A stretch of DNA of 64,000 nt, taken from Octopus sinensis. Taxonomy: Eukaryota. The number at the start of each line of letters is the position of its first letter. The stretch's first letter is position 1. Location: contig NC_043007.1 in assembly GCF_006345805.1 (NCBI RefSeq), positions 56,296,001-56,360,000 of the forward strand, written 5' to 3'. Below, in pieces: positions 14,172 through 28,699 of the stretch. Under the pieces are notes generated by a model that worked only from the letters and a program-made list of their open reading frames with translations, was not told the DNA's origin and made no database searches. A program made the translations under genes and the position numbers.

Positions 14172-15176
14172 CACACACTCATACATACATACATATATAC
14201 ATACATACATATACAACACGCACATACATACACACATACATACATACATTTATACATAGATAAATACATAGATACATACATACATACATACAAGAGTCGA
14301 ATAGGTGTATATTTCTTCAGTTGGAAACAAAATTGATTGAAAACCCTGTCACGCTTGATAAAACTCGGAGTTTTAGTCAGTTTTTGTTCCAGTAGACCGA
14401 ATTAATTGTATACATATGTATGTATGTATGTATTATGTCAGGTCACTTCGAGTGCTACTGGTAACATGTAACCCAGTACAACCTGTTGCATGGTCGGGTC
14501 GTCGGCGACTAAACCGGCAACTCCACCAAGTTTGCTTGGTGAGGAGTGTGTTTATTGGGCACCCTGCGTGATGAAAAACAAAACCCGTCAAAGGGCGGAG
14601 GAACTCTTGAGAGTCAACGGCCATCCAATAAATGTCTTAAGGCTGTATCATGCGCGGGGGCATAGAAATAATCGGACTGAATACCCGATCGCGCGGTTAA
14701 ACCATTGGAAGTGAAGGACTCCTAGCCTTTGTTAGGGCATCCTTGTAGGAGAAAGTAACTCAGGTAACTGGGATAACTCCGACATAAAACCTGCGGCTCA
14801 GTGGTTACCGGTGATGTTGACTTGTTCTTCTTTTCGGATTATGGCTGTTGCTTAGTGAGTGGGATTGACTCAGTGCACAACCTTTCCTCGCTTTAAAAAA
14901 AATCTTCTTGCACGATAACAACATTGATTGATTGATTAAACTGATTAACTAATTCATGATTGTTGATGGTGCTATGAGTCTCAACTGAATGGCTGGCTGT
15001 AGCCTTAAAAAGCAAAAAACTCAATGATGTACCAAAACAGTATAAAAATAAATGGCAGTAAGGACTCTGGAACCACATCAGTTGAAAGAGTCTAGCCGGC
15101 AGGGGATCCAGAGCATCACAGTCTGAACCCGGCCATCATCATGCTACTGTGATAGAACCAAAGAAAATATTGAATA

Positions 15177-15914
15177 TTGGCTGTTGGAATGTACGGACAC
15201 TGCTTCACCGCGAGCCCTCTGAATGTCCTAAAAGAAGGACTGCGCTTGTTGCGAAGGAGCTATGATCTTGACATCGTTGCTTTATCTGAGACGAGATTAC
15301 CTGGAGATGGTCATCTTACAGAATCTTGTGGAAAATATACATTCTTTTGGATAGGGAGGAATGAAGAGTTTAGAGGAGAAGCTGGAGTGACATTTGCTGT
15401 TAAAACTACTCTTGTGGACAAGTTAGAAGAATTCCCAGTCGGAATTAACGAGCGTCTTATGTCCATGAGAATTCCTTTGGTTAAAGGAAATTATGTGACC
15501 TTGATGAGTGTGTATGCTCCAACTATGTGCTATACTGATGACGAAAAACTTTCTTTCTACCATGCTTTGAAGGGCATTATAAGAAATATCCCTCGGGCTG
15601 ACAAAGTCATCGCACTGGGTGATTTTGATGCTAGAGTGGGTAGGGATTTTAACACATGGACTGTAATTGGAATGCATGGGGTGGGGAAGTGTAATAGTAA
15701 TGGCATGCTTTTGCTGCAGATGTGTGAGGAGCTGCGTCTGTGTGTTACCAATACCATGTTTCAACGAAAGAATAAGTTTAAGACTACATGGATGCACCCT
15801 GCATCTAAAGAATGGTATATTCTGAATTACATCCTTGTTATGGTACGTGACAGACAGGATGTGCAGTGTGTTCGTGTTCTTCGTGGAGCTGAGTGTTGGA
15901 CTGACACCGTCTAG
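15177..15914 (+). pseudogene. RTE apurinic-like endonuclease domain
   Basis: DIVALSETR, LMSVYAPT, GDFDARVG, TNTMFQRK and TTWMHP motifs. Confidence 0.9.
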
Positions 15915-16353
15915 TACGTGCAAAAGTGAAATTAGTCACAAAACATAAAATCCGAGCTGCAGGGATTACCCTGCCTAAAAGACTGAATGTTGATCGTCTT
16001 AGGTGTAATAGTGTGAAGAGAACTTTATGAGAGGAAATGAATGCTGCAGATATTGGGGAGGATTGGCCGACCCTTAAAAAGTTAGTTTATGATATAAGCA
16101 AGAAAGTTATGGGATTGATACAAAGAAAGCTCCAAGATTGGTTTAAAGAAAATGATGAACATATAGATGATTTATTGACTGATAAAAGGTGTACTTTTGT
16201 CAGCAAAGCCACAGGAAAGGGAAGTGTTGCATAGGGAACTCAAGGATGTAAAAACACGTGTGAGGCAAAGGCTCTCTCAGATGGTGGAGTAAGAAGGCTG
16301 ATGAGATACAGGCGGCATCAGATTCCAATAACACAAATGTTTTACATGGTCTC

Positions 16354-17977
16354 TTGCGAGAAGTTTATAGACCGATGTCTTCCCTGATGACACCACTCCG
16401 AAGCAGGGATGATAAAGAACTTCTTCGTGATTCACAAGGAATTCTGCGAAGGTGGCAAGAACACTTTGATGAACTTTTGAATCAGCAGTCTGTAGTTAGT
16501 GAAGATGTTCTCAATCTCATCCCTGGATTACCTGTGAAGGCAGCACTCGCAGAACCACCAAAGTTGGAAGAAGTTGCAATGGCTGTCTCAATATTGAATA
16601 ATGGGAAGTTTCCGGGTATGGATGGCATACATGCGGAGTTGTTACAACATGTTGGTGAGAAACTTCTGCAGAAACTTCACTCTTTGTTTGGTAAGATATG
16701 GACGAGTGCATCTGTACCTGGGGAATGGAGAGATACAGTAATGGTGGTCTTGTATAGGGGAAAGGACAACAGAAATGATTGTGATAATTATAGGGGAGTA
16801 TCATTGCTGTCTGTCGTAGGAAAGGTTTTATGCAGGGTACTTCCGGATCGTCTGCTGAAATACGTTGCAGATTGTGTTCTTCCAGAAAGTCAATCTGGCT
16901 TTCGTGTGAGATGTGGCACTGCTGATATGATATTTTCAGCTAGACAGCTTCAGAAGAAGTGTGTGGAATTGGGTTTGGATTTGTATCAGGTTTTTGTCGA
17001 TCTGACAAAAGCCTTTGATACCGTCAATAGAAAAGCATTGTGGAAAGTCCTCCAGAAACTTGGGTGTCCTGAAAAGTTGAATGTTAGAGGGAAAATGCCG
17101 GAGCCCATTTCAATACAAAATGGAGTGAAACAGGGGGATATTGTGACACCAACCCTATTTGCCATATATTTTGCGATGATGTTCTGTATTGCATTCAGAA
17201 ACTGCAGATACGGTGTTTACATCGATTATCGAACCTCTAGCAGCATATTTAATATCAGGCGCTTTGCTGCAAAAACAAAGGTATTTACCTCTATCATAAG
17301 AGACCTTTTGTATGCAGATGATTGTGATCTAGTTGCACACACATAAATTGATATGCAACACATTTTGAATGCATTCTCTGATGCTTGCACTGCCTTAGGA
17401 TTGACAGTCAATCTCAAGAAAACTGTTGTCATGTACCAACCTGCCCCTGGCAAGCAGCATAGTGTACCAAATATCTATGTGTATGGTAAACGACTTGATG
17501 TAGTTGATCAGTTTGTCTACTATTAATAGATATAGCAATTTGGATGATGAAATTCCATATAGAATTAGGAAAGCAAGTGTTGCTTTCGGAAGGCTAGAAA
17601 AGCGTCTCTGGAGTCGGCGAGACATATGCAGAAAGACAAAGATAAAGGTGTACAAGACATGTGTGCTCCCTTCTCTTCTCTATGCCTGCGAGACGTGGGT
17701 CACATATCGATACCACCTTAAACAACTGGAATGTTTCCATAAGATGTGTCTCAGACGGATCTATGGCATTAAGTGGAAGGACTGCATCAGTGATCTTGAA
17801 ATATTGGAAGGCTCTCGGTGTGAAAGTATAGAAGCTCTTGTGTTAAAGCAAAGGCTCAGTTGGAGTGGTCATCTGGTCAGGATGAAGGATTCAAGGATGC
17901 CAAAACAACTCTTTTATGGAGAGTTAGCTAAAGGAGAACGACCTCCACATAAACCACAAAAGAGGTATAAGGATTAG
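16354..17977 (+). pseudogene. RTE reverse transcriptase and thumb domains (frameshifted)
   Basis: NYRGVSLLSVVGKV, QSGFR, DLTKAFDTV, GVKQGD, YADD, KIKVYKTCVLPSLLYACETW and WSGHLVRM motifs. Confidence 0.9.
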
Positions 17978-18061
17978 CTGAAGGCTTCCTTAAGAGATGC
18001 TTGCATCTCTCCTGACACATGGGAAGGCATAGCTATTGATCGTAGCTGGTGGAGAAGGATT

Positions 18062-18496
18062 GTGCACGAGGGGACAGCCACTTTTGAGAAATCTCGAGCT
18101 GCACATGAGAAAGTAAGGAGGGATGTCAGGAAGGGCATCGCTGTTACACTTCCAGATGGGAATAGTCTTCCTATGATGCTGACATGTAGTGTCTGTGCAA
18201 GACCTTGCCTCAGTAAAGCTGGACTCAAGAGTCATCTTCGTAGTCATAAAGCGAGACAGATGAGTGACAACCTGGCCACTGGTGGTGGTGTAACACACCA
18301 TACTAATCATATCTGTCTGGCATGTGGAAGAGAGTGTAATTTGGCAGGAGGACTTAAACGACGTACAAAGGTACATGAAGCCCAGTTACAACTACAGCCG
18401 GCTATTACCGGTAAAGGTTTTAGATGTCAATTCTGTACAAGACATTGTAGATCTTTAGCTGGGCTAAAAAGTCACATTCGATCACAGCACCAATAA
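18062..18496 (+). pseudogene. RTE C-terminal region with three C2H2 zinc fingers
   Basis: CSVCARPCLSKAGLKSHLRSH, CLACGRECNLAGGLKRRTKVH (first His lost) and CQFCTRHCRSLAGLKSHIRSQH. Confidence 0.85.
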
Positions 18497-19083
18497 CAGT
18501 TAAGCTTCGTGCAATGGCCATACTTGATAACGAGGGGGCAGCCATTATGTATGTATGTATGTATGTATGTATGTATGTATGTATGTCTGAATGCATTCAT
18601 GCATGCATGTATGTATGTATGTATGTATGAATGTATGTACGTATCTACCCAGACTCTGAGACAGAAAGGGAGGGGGAGAGAAGGGTGCACAGTGACACAA
18701 ATCCAGATATTTGCGTGTGTTCCTATATACTTAACTATATATGCACGTATTTGTGTGTTCTCTTTTGCTGTTTGTCATTGTAATGTATTCATATATCCTT
18801 TCAAATATGATTGTCTCTTCATCACTCTCACTCGCTACCTCTTTTTCTCTCGCACTCTGCATATATGTATATATGTGGGAGTATGTTGGTTATGAGTGTA
18901 TGGGCAAGTATAAATATCATAGCTATATACACATATATATCTAACAATTTATTTATGATCCCTCGTTTCTATATTTATCGGTGTTTTACGTCCTTAAGTT
19001 TATTCATACACACACTTACGCACACGCTCACACACATACATACAGATGCATGCATATATATAAATGTATATATACATACATAT

Positions 19084-19141
<58 letters not shown>

Positions 19142-19193
19142 ATATAAATGTATATATACATATATTTATACATACACATACACACATACTCGC

Positions 19194-19259
<66 letters not shown>

Positions 19260-19621
19260 ATAGACACACATACATATATATGCATATATACATATAGGTA
19301 TGAATATATATATGTATGCATATGTATGTATATGCATATATGTGTGCCTGTGTGTATGTGCGCGCGCACACACACACGTACACATCCATATATAAGTTCT
19401 GTGTGTGCATATATAAATAGATTATTGATTTTTTTATATATTTAATTATATGATCGATTTTTTAAAAATATATGTTACTATTTGGCGCTGGTAATTAACC
19501 CGGCTGCCATAGAGTTTTTGTCATCAACTTTTCTTCCCCACTTGATGATTAACTAGATATACGGATTACAACCCTGTCCACTTTCTATTTTCACCCATTC
19601 TCCTTACCATTAATGTTGTTG

Positions 19622-19699
<78 letters not shown>

Positions 19700-20361
19700 G
19701 CTGTTGTTGTTGTTGCTGCTGCTGCTGTTATTGATTTTATTATTTACTGTTTTTGTTATATTGTAGTCATTGGTTGTGTTGCTTGAACTTTTTGCTCAAA
19801 TCTCGCCTTTTCCCTTTTCTATATATTTCTTTTATTTTGACATTTTTTGAATTTTCATTTTTAAGTTTTTCTTACTTTTTTTTTCTTCCTATACATTGCT
19901 GAAGCCTAAAGATTCCTATTATTGTGTGTGAAAAGTGGAGGAAAATTACACAAAAACATAAATAAAAATGTAAGTAAAATATAATTGTAAAAAAATACTT
20001 GAGTGAATGTGAAATCATAGAATTGGTTTGTTTACGGTTAAGAAGAAATTTGCTGAGAAATGTTCCTGTTGACATAGACAAGAATAGTTTTGTACAATAT
20101 GTGACTGCTTTAAGATTAGTGAAAAAAAACAGAACTAGTAATTCTTGAATAGGTCGGGGAGAAGCGAGGTGAATACACAGCTGTACAGCATTGGTTCATA
20201 TCTTGGTACAGATGCTGTTTTATTCGTCCATCTCATATGGGAACATACTGATTACTGATTTAAACATTGCATCATTATAACTATGGATAAGTGACTGTGG
20301 TGTGGTCAAGTCGGCTTCAATCGCTTCACACACAGAATGAAAACTCAAAAACTTTCATAGC

Positions 20362-20660
20362 CTGACACTCCGTCGCTTACGACGACGAGGATTCCAGTTG
20401 ATCCGACCAACGGAACAACCTGTTAGTGAAATTAACATGCAAGTGGCTGAGCACTCAACAGACATGCGTACCCTTAATACAGAATGTGACAAAGCCGGCT
20501 CTTTGAATTACAGGTACTACTCATTTTTGCAAGGTGAGTGGACTGGGGCAACGTGAAATAAAGTATCTTGTTCAAGGACACAAGGCACTGCCGGGAATTG
20601 AGCTCACGTCCTTACGATCGTGAACCAAATATCCTAACCACTAAGTCACGCGCTTTCACA
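20362..20660 (-). mobile_element. tRNA-derived SINE family C
   Basis: Minus-strand head with TTAGTGGTTAGG (A box) and GCTCAATTCCC (B box); head similar to 27585-27895. Confidence 0.7.
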
Positions 20661-20701
20661 TTCAAAATTAATATCAATATTTTAAAGAAGGATCAATAAT
20701 T

Positions 20702-21062
20702 TTTCTACTCTAGGCACAAGGACCGAAATTTTGAGGGAGGGGGCCAGTCGATTAGATCGACTCCAGTACGCAACTGGTACTTAATTTATCGACCCCGAAA
20801 GGCAAAGTCGACTTCAGCGGAATTTGAACTCATGACGTAAAGACAGACGAAGTACCTATTTCTTTACTACCCACAAGGGGTTAAACACAGAGGGGACGAA
20901 CAAGGACAGACAAACGGATTAAGTCGATTACATCGACCTCACTGCGTAACTGGTACTTAATTTATCGACCCCGAAAGGATGAAAGGCAAAGTCGACCTCG
21001 GCGGAATTTGAACTTAGAATGTAACGGCAGACGAAAAACCGCTAAGCACTTTGTCCGACGTA
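20702..21062 (-). mobile_element. tRNA-derived SINE family B with an internally duplicated core
   Basis: The core GGTACTTAATTTATCGACCCCGAAAGG...AAAGTCGAC occurs twice (~20775 and ~20950). Confidence 0.8.
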
Positions 21063-21819
21063 ATTATTAAGGAAAGATTGTTAACTAATCTCCTGCCTGT
21101 TACTTTCCAGTAATTGTCTGGTATTAACGATATTTTAGGTAATATTATCATCACTTGCCTTCGGGCAATTTGGGTCTTCACTTCTTTAAGTAAAATATAG
21201 CTTCGGCATAATCCGTTCATAGTATATCAATGTTGTTGACTGCTTTTTCGAATTTCAAATATAGAATTGTTTCTTCTATCATCTCACCGTTGGTGAGATA
21301 ATTATTGCAATATATATCAAGTTACAATGCGAATCTTCTAATGTGGCATCTTTGGAGGGACACCCTACTTTGTGAGTATAAGTCAATTTTCAGTCATAGA
21401 TTTTTAGTGTGAAATACAATGCATTATCCAGAATTTGTAATGTTACATGAAACTTGATTCAGCTATTACTTCAGTTATTCTAGTTGCCATCTCCATATTT
21501 TCTAAATGTGAATTATTCCAATGCACACATTTATGTACTTTGGTATATGCGTTTACTTGTCCTGTTTTCCATGTTTTCTCTCGTTGTTTGCGTATTTAAC
21601 CCGTTTGTTTTCGTACTTCATGTTGTTTACACAGTTGGTGACGGCCTGTATCCATATATACATATATATTTATATATATATATACATACATAATGTATAT
21701 ATATATATATATATATATACATAATATATATAGATAGATAGATAGATACATACATACATACATACATTCGCATATATATATAGACGCATACATACACACA
21801 TACATGCATACATACTTAC

Positions 21820-22200
21820 ATCCGTGCCCTCTCGAATGTCGTTATACATCGCAGCTCAAAGTGCACTTCCAATTATTTCTTGATTGCGCCCTTCTTTTCT
21901 ATTTTGACCTAAATCGTTTGGCTGAATCATCTTCCCATCTGTGGAGGGTTTCTGAGTGGCCTTCTCCTAGTTCTTGGATCACAGTTGTAAACTGTACAGG
22001 TTCACTTGTCGTCTGCGAACCTTGCACATATCCGACCCAGTGGACACTTACGTTTGCGATATTTTACGATCACGTATTTCACTCCGCCGTGTTCTCGAAT
22101 AATCTCATTTGGCCCAATGCTACTCGTAGCAAGGATCTTCCTATGGTTTCTTTTGCCGTAGCCAGTCGATGTTCTTCCTTCTTTATTGTAGCACGCATCT
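21820..22200 (-). mobile_element. Decayed RTE-type LINE 3' fragment
   Basis: Minus strand has HWVGYV, RWEDD and RRAQSRNNWK, resembling the RTE W-GHV...RGRP...RW-DD...AQDR--W terminus. Confidence 0.55.
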
Positions 22201-23004
22201 CACGTATATGGATACACACACACGCATGCGTATATGTAAATTAATACACAGGCACACACTCATATTATGAACTAGGAATTACGTAGAAATATAAAAATTT
22301 GGCAATATAATTATGGGTTGCGAAAATGGTAAAAATATGATGTATAAAAATACAAACAAGTATATAAATATTACTATAAAATTGTAGTCTGATGTGAAAA
22401 TCTGACGTAAAATGTATGTAAATATATAAGCATATCCAAATGCACGGACACATATATGCACACATATACACACGCTTACAACCACGCATCCACATACACA
22501 TACACATACATACATACATACATACATACATACATACATACATACATACATACATACACACATATGCATGTCTTTTACTCTCTGTTACCTTTTACTTGTT
22601 TCAGTCATTAGAATGCCCTCGTTCTAGCGCGCTAGAACGAGGGCATTTGAATGTAACTGTGAATATAATAGGCCGAACTGTTCGTGTCTTTGACCTCGTG
22701 TTAATATATAGCGTGCAGTTTGACAAATTATATTTTATGACGTACTCCACCGATGATCTGAGGATAATTATGTAAGTAAAATTGCATAATTTATTAACAG
22801 TGAAACAATTGTATGGAGTTAATCTATATGTTTGTTATTTTTCATTTGTCCTGCTTGTTTACGTCCTTAGTGTGCTAAATTTTTTCTCGAGAACAATTCT
22901 TAGTGGTTCAGTCCCTTTGCAGATCTATATCTAGCGTAAGAACGTCCACATAGTGGATTCTCTCTCACATTTGTATATATATATATATATATATATATAC
23001 ACGA

Positions 23005-23148
23005 CAAGCTTCTTTCAGTTTCTGTCTACCAAATTCACTCACAAGGCCTTGGTCGGCCTGAGGCTATAACAGAAGACACTTGTCTAAGTTGCCATGCACT
23101 GGGAGTAAACCCGGAACCGTGTGGTTGGGAAGCAAGCTTCTTACCACT
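23005..23148 (-). mobile_element. SINE family A, 5' part
   Basis: Similar to 63115-63290. Confidence 0.75.
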
Positions 23149-23163
23149 TTCATTATATACACA

Positions 23164-23241
<78 letters not shown>

Positions 23242-23795
23242 CAGTAAGATTAAAAATTGATAAAATTTAATGAAAGTGGAGGTAGCATTAATGTTCATTG
23301 AGTATTTTGTTCTTTTTGTGTAGATCTGAGAATAAAATTCGAGGATGTAGTTGGTGGCCGAAATCAGATGATATATGGGGGCAGCTTCCAAAAGTGTGTT
23401 TTAGTACATAAAAATGCGCTAGATTCCAGTGAGCGCTTTTCTGCATTACAGTGCTCGCCACTTTCGTTACCGGTGGTGTAAGTTTTCCAGTTCTTCAAAA
23501 TATACCAGGTGACGGAATTGTTGACGGACTGTTCTTTCAGAAGAATCCTAAGTAGGGACCTTTAAAAACACATTTGAAGTATGAAACCCAACATGTTCGT
23601 AGTCCAATGCCTGAAACAAGCAATTGAGCCAAATACCACATGTGTGTGTATGTGTGTGTGTCCGTGTGTTTCCGTGTATGTGTGTGTGTGTGTGTGTGTC
23701 CGTGTCCATTGTGTGTGTGTCCGTATATTTGTGTGTGTGTGTGTGTATGTGTGTGTGCAGCTGTATATATACATACATACGTAAATGTATATATA

Positions 23796-24666
23796 CGGGG
23801 TTCGATGGGTAAGTAGTCACTATTTTGCATTTTTAATTTCGTGCATATGCATTGTTTGTTTTTGATCTTATTGGCTACACAGTAAAGTAGGGTCAGTTGA
23901 GAAAAACAGCACCAGGACACAATTCACTCTGCCACAGATTTGGAAACGACATGCTGTACTTGCTTGGCATTCGCGCAGGAAGCCCCAACACGAACATTTC
24001 AGAGTGTTGGGGTGTCAATCTAAGGACAATGGAATCTGAGGACATGTACCGAGAGTGATAAAAATCAAACATCTAGTCAACAGCATAGTGTTTGGAGTGA
24101 TCATTAGTGATGGCGACGTTATGTCTCCATTCATCTCCCCACACAATCTCAGACTCAACACATAGGCCCACATCAAGTGCCTAGAGGAGGTAGTGCTGCC
24201 TAGGTCAAGACGGTGGCTGCTGGAAGACCCTATGTCTGCAACAGGACTCTGCACCATGCCACAGAAGCAGGAGAACCCAGTCATGACTGTCAGACAATTT
24301 CTGCGACCACATCACCCCTAACATTTGGTCAATTAACTTCTCAGGCTGCAACCCTCTTGTTTATTATGCGTGGGGCGCAGTTGAGCGAGAGACCAACAAA
24401 ACTCCTTGCAACACCAAAGATGAACTGAAGGCAAAGATTATGGCAGCATTCACCAACTTAAACAAGGAGACCGTCCGGAAGAGTTGCAGGAGAATTCGAA
24501 GTCGTCTGGAGGCCGTGGTTAAAGCCAATGGCGATTTTATGTTACTCTTTAGAATTTCAAGATATTTTTATGTAATTTTGGTAAATATATCTGTTAAAAT
24601 GAGATGTCAGTGTTATTTTCATATTTGCCTAATTTAGACCACAATAATATATTTCACCGCACCCTG
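23796..24666 (+). mobile_element. Decayed maT-like Tc1/mariner transposon
   Basis: VFGVIISDGDVM, LEEVVLP, QQDSAPCH, DHITPNIW and TNLNKETVRKSCRRIRSRLEAVVKANGDF motifs; weak TIR similarity CGGGGTTCGATG / CACCGCACCCTG. Confidence 0.85.
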
Positions 24667-24806
24667 AACACAAACACACACACACACACATATGTATACA
24701 TACATGAATATACATCTTATCTGGCATTAAATTCCACAATGTACTTGATGCATACGCACATAACTCCCTGGGTTAATGTATGTGTTTGTGTGTGTGTGTA
24801 TGTATG

Positions 24807-24840
<34 letters not shown>

Positions 24841-25199
24841 ATATATAAACATAATTATATAACAAATCATTTGCGAGTTCAGTTCCATCCGATTTCCCCG
24901 CATTAAATTGTGCCTGAATGAGTTGTTTTCCACAAGAGTGCAACTGTATCTGTATGTAAGCTTATACATGTACACATGTGCGTGTGTGTCTATGTGTGTA
25001 TGTGTGTGTGTGCGTGCGTCTGTGCGTGCATCTGTGCGTGCATGCGTGTGTGTTAGTATTATAACTGTCACGCATAATTATACGGAGAAAACTTGATTGA
25101 AATATACTTGGTTTAATCATTAGCTTTAGTGTGAAATTATAGTTATTATTGCTGCTACGGCGTTGCCACTTGCTACTGCTGGTCGTCATCTTCGTCATC

Positions 25200-25619
25200 A
25201 TCATTTATGATCATCACCATCATCATCACCATCATCATCATCATCATCATCATCACCGTTAGTTTGATGACATGAATGGAAAAGAAAATTACAAAAGTAT
25301 AAATGTGGGTGTAAGGAGATGCTAAATGGGTACGAGGGAGCGGTGTGAATAGAAAGAACGGGGATGTTGTTAAATATAATTATGACGAACATAAATCTGT
25401 CACTATATATTATTCTTGTTGTTGATGATCGTATGGTGATCGTGAGGACGATGGGAGTGACGGTGATGGTGATGATGGTGATGGTGGTGGCGGCGCACGT
25501 GGTGTATTTGTTTTAGTAGTGGTGGAGTTGGTGGTGATTGTGATGAGAAGGTTTATGGTATGTTTCGTTCAACATTATGCGAAAGACCACGTATAAACTT
25601 CATAATGCTTCAACTGTTT

Positions 25620-25652
<33 letters not shown>

Positions 25653-26040
25653 TGGAGGAGGAGGAGGAAGAGAAAGATGAGGGAGATGATGGGGAGGAGG
25701 AGGAAGAAGAGAAAGATGAGGATGATGATGATGGGGAGCATGAGGATGATGATGTGGTGTAGGACGAGAAGGGAGAGAAAGATGAGGATGATGATGATGC
25801 GGATGATGATGAGGATGATGAGGATGATGAGGATGGGGGTCATCATCATCATCATCATCATGGTCATGAACATAATCATCGTCGTCGTCATCATCACTGG
25901 AAGATGTGTCATAGGTGTTGGCAGTTGTGTAGGATATAATGAAACGCGGATGATGATGACACTGTATTGACAAAGTTGATGAACTCTACTGCAGTTGTGT
26001 TCTGCAATTGTTGTTGTGGTTGTTGTTGCTGTTGTTTAGG
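25200..26040. repeat. Mosaic trinucleotide low-complexity tract (CAT/GAT/GAG/GTT)
   Basis: Seen directly; it gives poly-M/D/E/H ORFs in several frames, none with a start-to-stop protein signature. Confidence 0.85.
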
Positions 26041-26495
26041 CCCAGGCAAACAACGATCAGACAAACCTATAGAAATCAAGACATTCCAAACCAGACCATT
26101 CCTTTTTATGGCATATACAAGGATGGTCCCCGTTTCTTTTTTTTTTTTTTTTGATGGTGGGTTTAATTTTTTTAAAGCTATAAATTGAGTAAAATGTGGC
26201 TGCTAGGCTGCTATTTCTAGCAGATTTGCACCACGTACTTTTGCCTTTGAGCACGATAATGAAACACGCTCGCATACGCACGCACACACTCACACACACA
26301 CACACGCACACACTCGCACACACTCACACACACTTACAATCACATTTCATATACAGAAATACAAGGACGTTAAATCATAATGATGATGAATACGGCGGCG
26401 ACGACGACGACGACTAGGACAGCGAAATATTTCCCATCGCACTAGAAAGAAAATTTTAGACAGATGTCTTGTCGTAATTCTGCACACACGCACAA

Positions 26496-26565
<70 letters not shown>

Positions 26566-26926
26566 ACACACACGTAGAAACATACTTAGGTCATATTCCG
26601 TCTCTCTCTTTTCTTCTCTCTCTCTCTCTTTCTCTTTCTCTCATTCTCGCTCTTTGAATCTCTGTGTGATAATATTCCGTCCTGTCTTCGTAGCTCTCTT
26701 CTTAGTTTTTTCTAGCTCAGTAACCTACCAGCTTCCATTCCTTCACATCATAAACTAATTCCCAATGCACATCTGTATGTATGCATAGATGCATAGATGT
26801 ATGAATGCGTGTATGTGTGTATTATGTGCGTGTGTGTGCATATATATATATATATATATATCTGTATGTATATATATGTGTGTATGTATATATACATATG
26901 TATATATATATATATGTATGTATGTG

Positions 26927-26959
<33 letters not shown>

Positions 26960-27292
26960 ATGACAAAAATACGTATAGAGTGTGGGTATAGTTAACTAAA
27001 TTCTTTAAACCTGTGCTTTGTTGGTATCTGCCTGCATATTTAAAATCCCTTTTTCTTCTTATAGATATATATACATATACATACACACACACACGTTAAT
27101 CACATGAGCTACACAAAAATCAACGAGAATTCTCTTCTGTTAAATTATTCGTGTAATAATGTTTTATAAGAGAATTATTTCCAGCGATACACACACTTGC
27201 AACAGATACTTTTGTCTTTGATCCAAAATTAAACGGAGTCATTGATATGCATGTGTGTGCGTTCGTTCGTGTATGTGTAACATATATATATA

Positions 27293-27323
<31 letters not shown>

Positions 27324-27354
27324 GTGTATATATGTATATATATATATATGTATA

Positions 27355-27416
<62 letters not shown>

Positions 27417-27584
27417 ATATATATATATATGTATATATATATGTACTATTATGTATGTGTGTATATCTGTGTGCTAAGTGTTTTATGTATAATTATATAT
27501 AGGTACTCGTGTATATATACAAACATACCTACCTATCTACATACATACAAATAGGTGTATATGTGTGTGTGTTTGTGGATGTGT

Positions 27585-27895
27585 GAAGGCGCATAACTCA
27601 GTGGTTAGAGCGTAGGGCTAACAATCGTCAGGTAGTGAGTTCGGTAATTTGACCGGGCTGTGTGTTATATTCTTGAGCAAAACACTCTATTTCCCGTCGC
27701 CCATGTTCTCTCAACTGTAGAAATGAGTTTCCACATCACTGGTTACCAAGCTGTATCAGCTTTTGCCTTTCCCTTGGAAATCGGTGGCATAAAATGGGGT
27801 AACTGATATGCATGGGCGACTGGTGATCTCCCACAAACATCCTTGCCTAGACATATGCCTCGGAGGGGAACAGTCAAGGTGCAATCCCATGTTAA
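27585..27895 (+). mobile_element. tRNA-derived SINE family C
   Basis: Head AAGGCGCATAACTCAGTGGTTAGAGCG...GAGTTCGG; body matches 31770-32035. Confidence 0.85.
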
Positions 27896-28351
27896 TTATT
27901 GACAGAAGTGGAGCTTCACTTACTTTATATATATATGATATCAAGATACCCTTGACCTGAAGAGTAACCGGTGGTATACACCTCGCTTGAATGTTTATCA
28001 CTCCTGAGGTTCCGCTCGCTATGAAACAGATGTAGCCCGGATCTCACCTACTCCATTCTGTAACTCTTGCATTCTTATTCGCTCACCCGGCAACCCTGGT
28101 GACCTACTGTGGAATATAAAAAGAACTTTTTTTCAGTTTATCGTTCCTCAATACGAAAACAGTCCACAACCTTCCGTATCGATAAACCACTATTGTTCCT
28201 GAAGGTTGTTGTTTTTTTAATATTTTCTACGGTTTTTTTTAATATTTTCTACTAATTGTCACATATTATATTTATAGATAAATTCCTCTATTTTACATAA
28301 TATCGAGGTCTTATCATTCTGTTGTTGTCATATATTATTATCATTATAATC

Positions 28352-28386
<35 letters not shown>

Positions 28387-28389
28387 TAT

Positions 28390-28434
<45 letters not shown>

Positions 28435-28496
28435 TATTAATATATATATATATATATATTATATGTATGTATGTAGATATATATATATATATATAT

Positions 28497-28699
28497 AGGA
28501 GACCGTCATTGTGGGAATCACTGTGTACAGGGATTTGACATCTAAAGTGAAGAGGAGTGTGAGGGGCTGGAAGGGAAGGAAAAGGAATTGAAGAGACGGA
28601 GTCGTGTTTGTGTCGTGTATGTGGGATGGAGGGCTGCGACTAAGGGGGACAGGATGCGGTCGAGGTATAGGGAGATGAGTTCAGTGGGGCAATTACAGA
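28497..28699 (-). pseudogene. Penelope-like reverse transcriptase fragment, inverted relative to the adjacent PLE 3' region
   Basis: Minus strand reads [23 protein letters not shown]...RLFNSFSF...[14 protein letters not shown](H)NDGL with small frameshifts. DVKSLYT is the PLE RT motif A. Confidence 0.85.

Larger units (their letters stand above)
14438..18545 (+). mobile_element. Apparently full-length RTE-clade LINE (~4.1 kb), inactivated by stops and frameshifts
   Basis: ~740 bp 5' UTR; APE endonuclease ORF 15177-15914; RT ORF 16354-17346 (PESQSGFR, FVDLTKAFD, GVKQGD, LLYADD); thumb region 17504-17977; zinc-finger ORF 18062-18496; (TATG)n at both ends. Confidence 0.95.

Noticed and set aside
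14438-14830. Possible HDV-like ribozyme in the RTE 5' UTR
   Set aside because: RTE elements can carry one, and partial elements are present (GUCG/CGAC hairpin followed by UAA; CUGGU/ACCGG), but I could not build a P3/L3 of proper size. A covariance-model search is needed.
21060-21400. Possible second Helitron helicase remnant (NGLC...LPKISLIP)
   Set aside because: Similarity is too weak and fragmentary to call by eye.
25560-25973. Acidic or His-rich host protein exon
   Set aside because: Open in several frames on both strands because of trinucleotide repeats; no clear splice sites or domain similarity.
27995-28045. CCTGAGG...GAAACAGATGTAG, a hammerhead-like remnant
   Set aside because: The core is incomplete and there is no convincing stem I or stem II.
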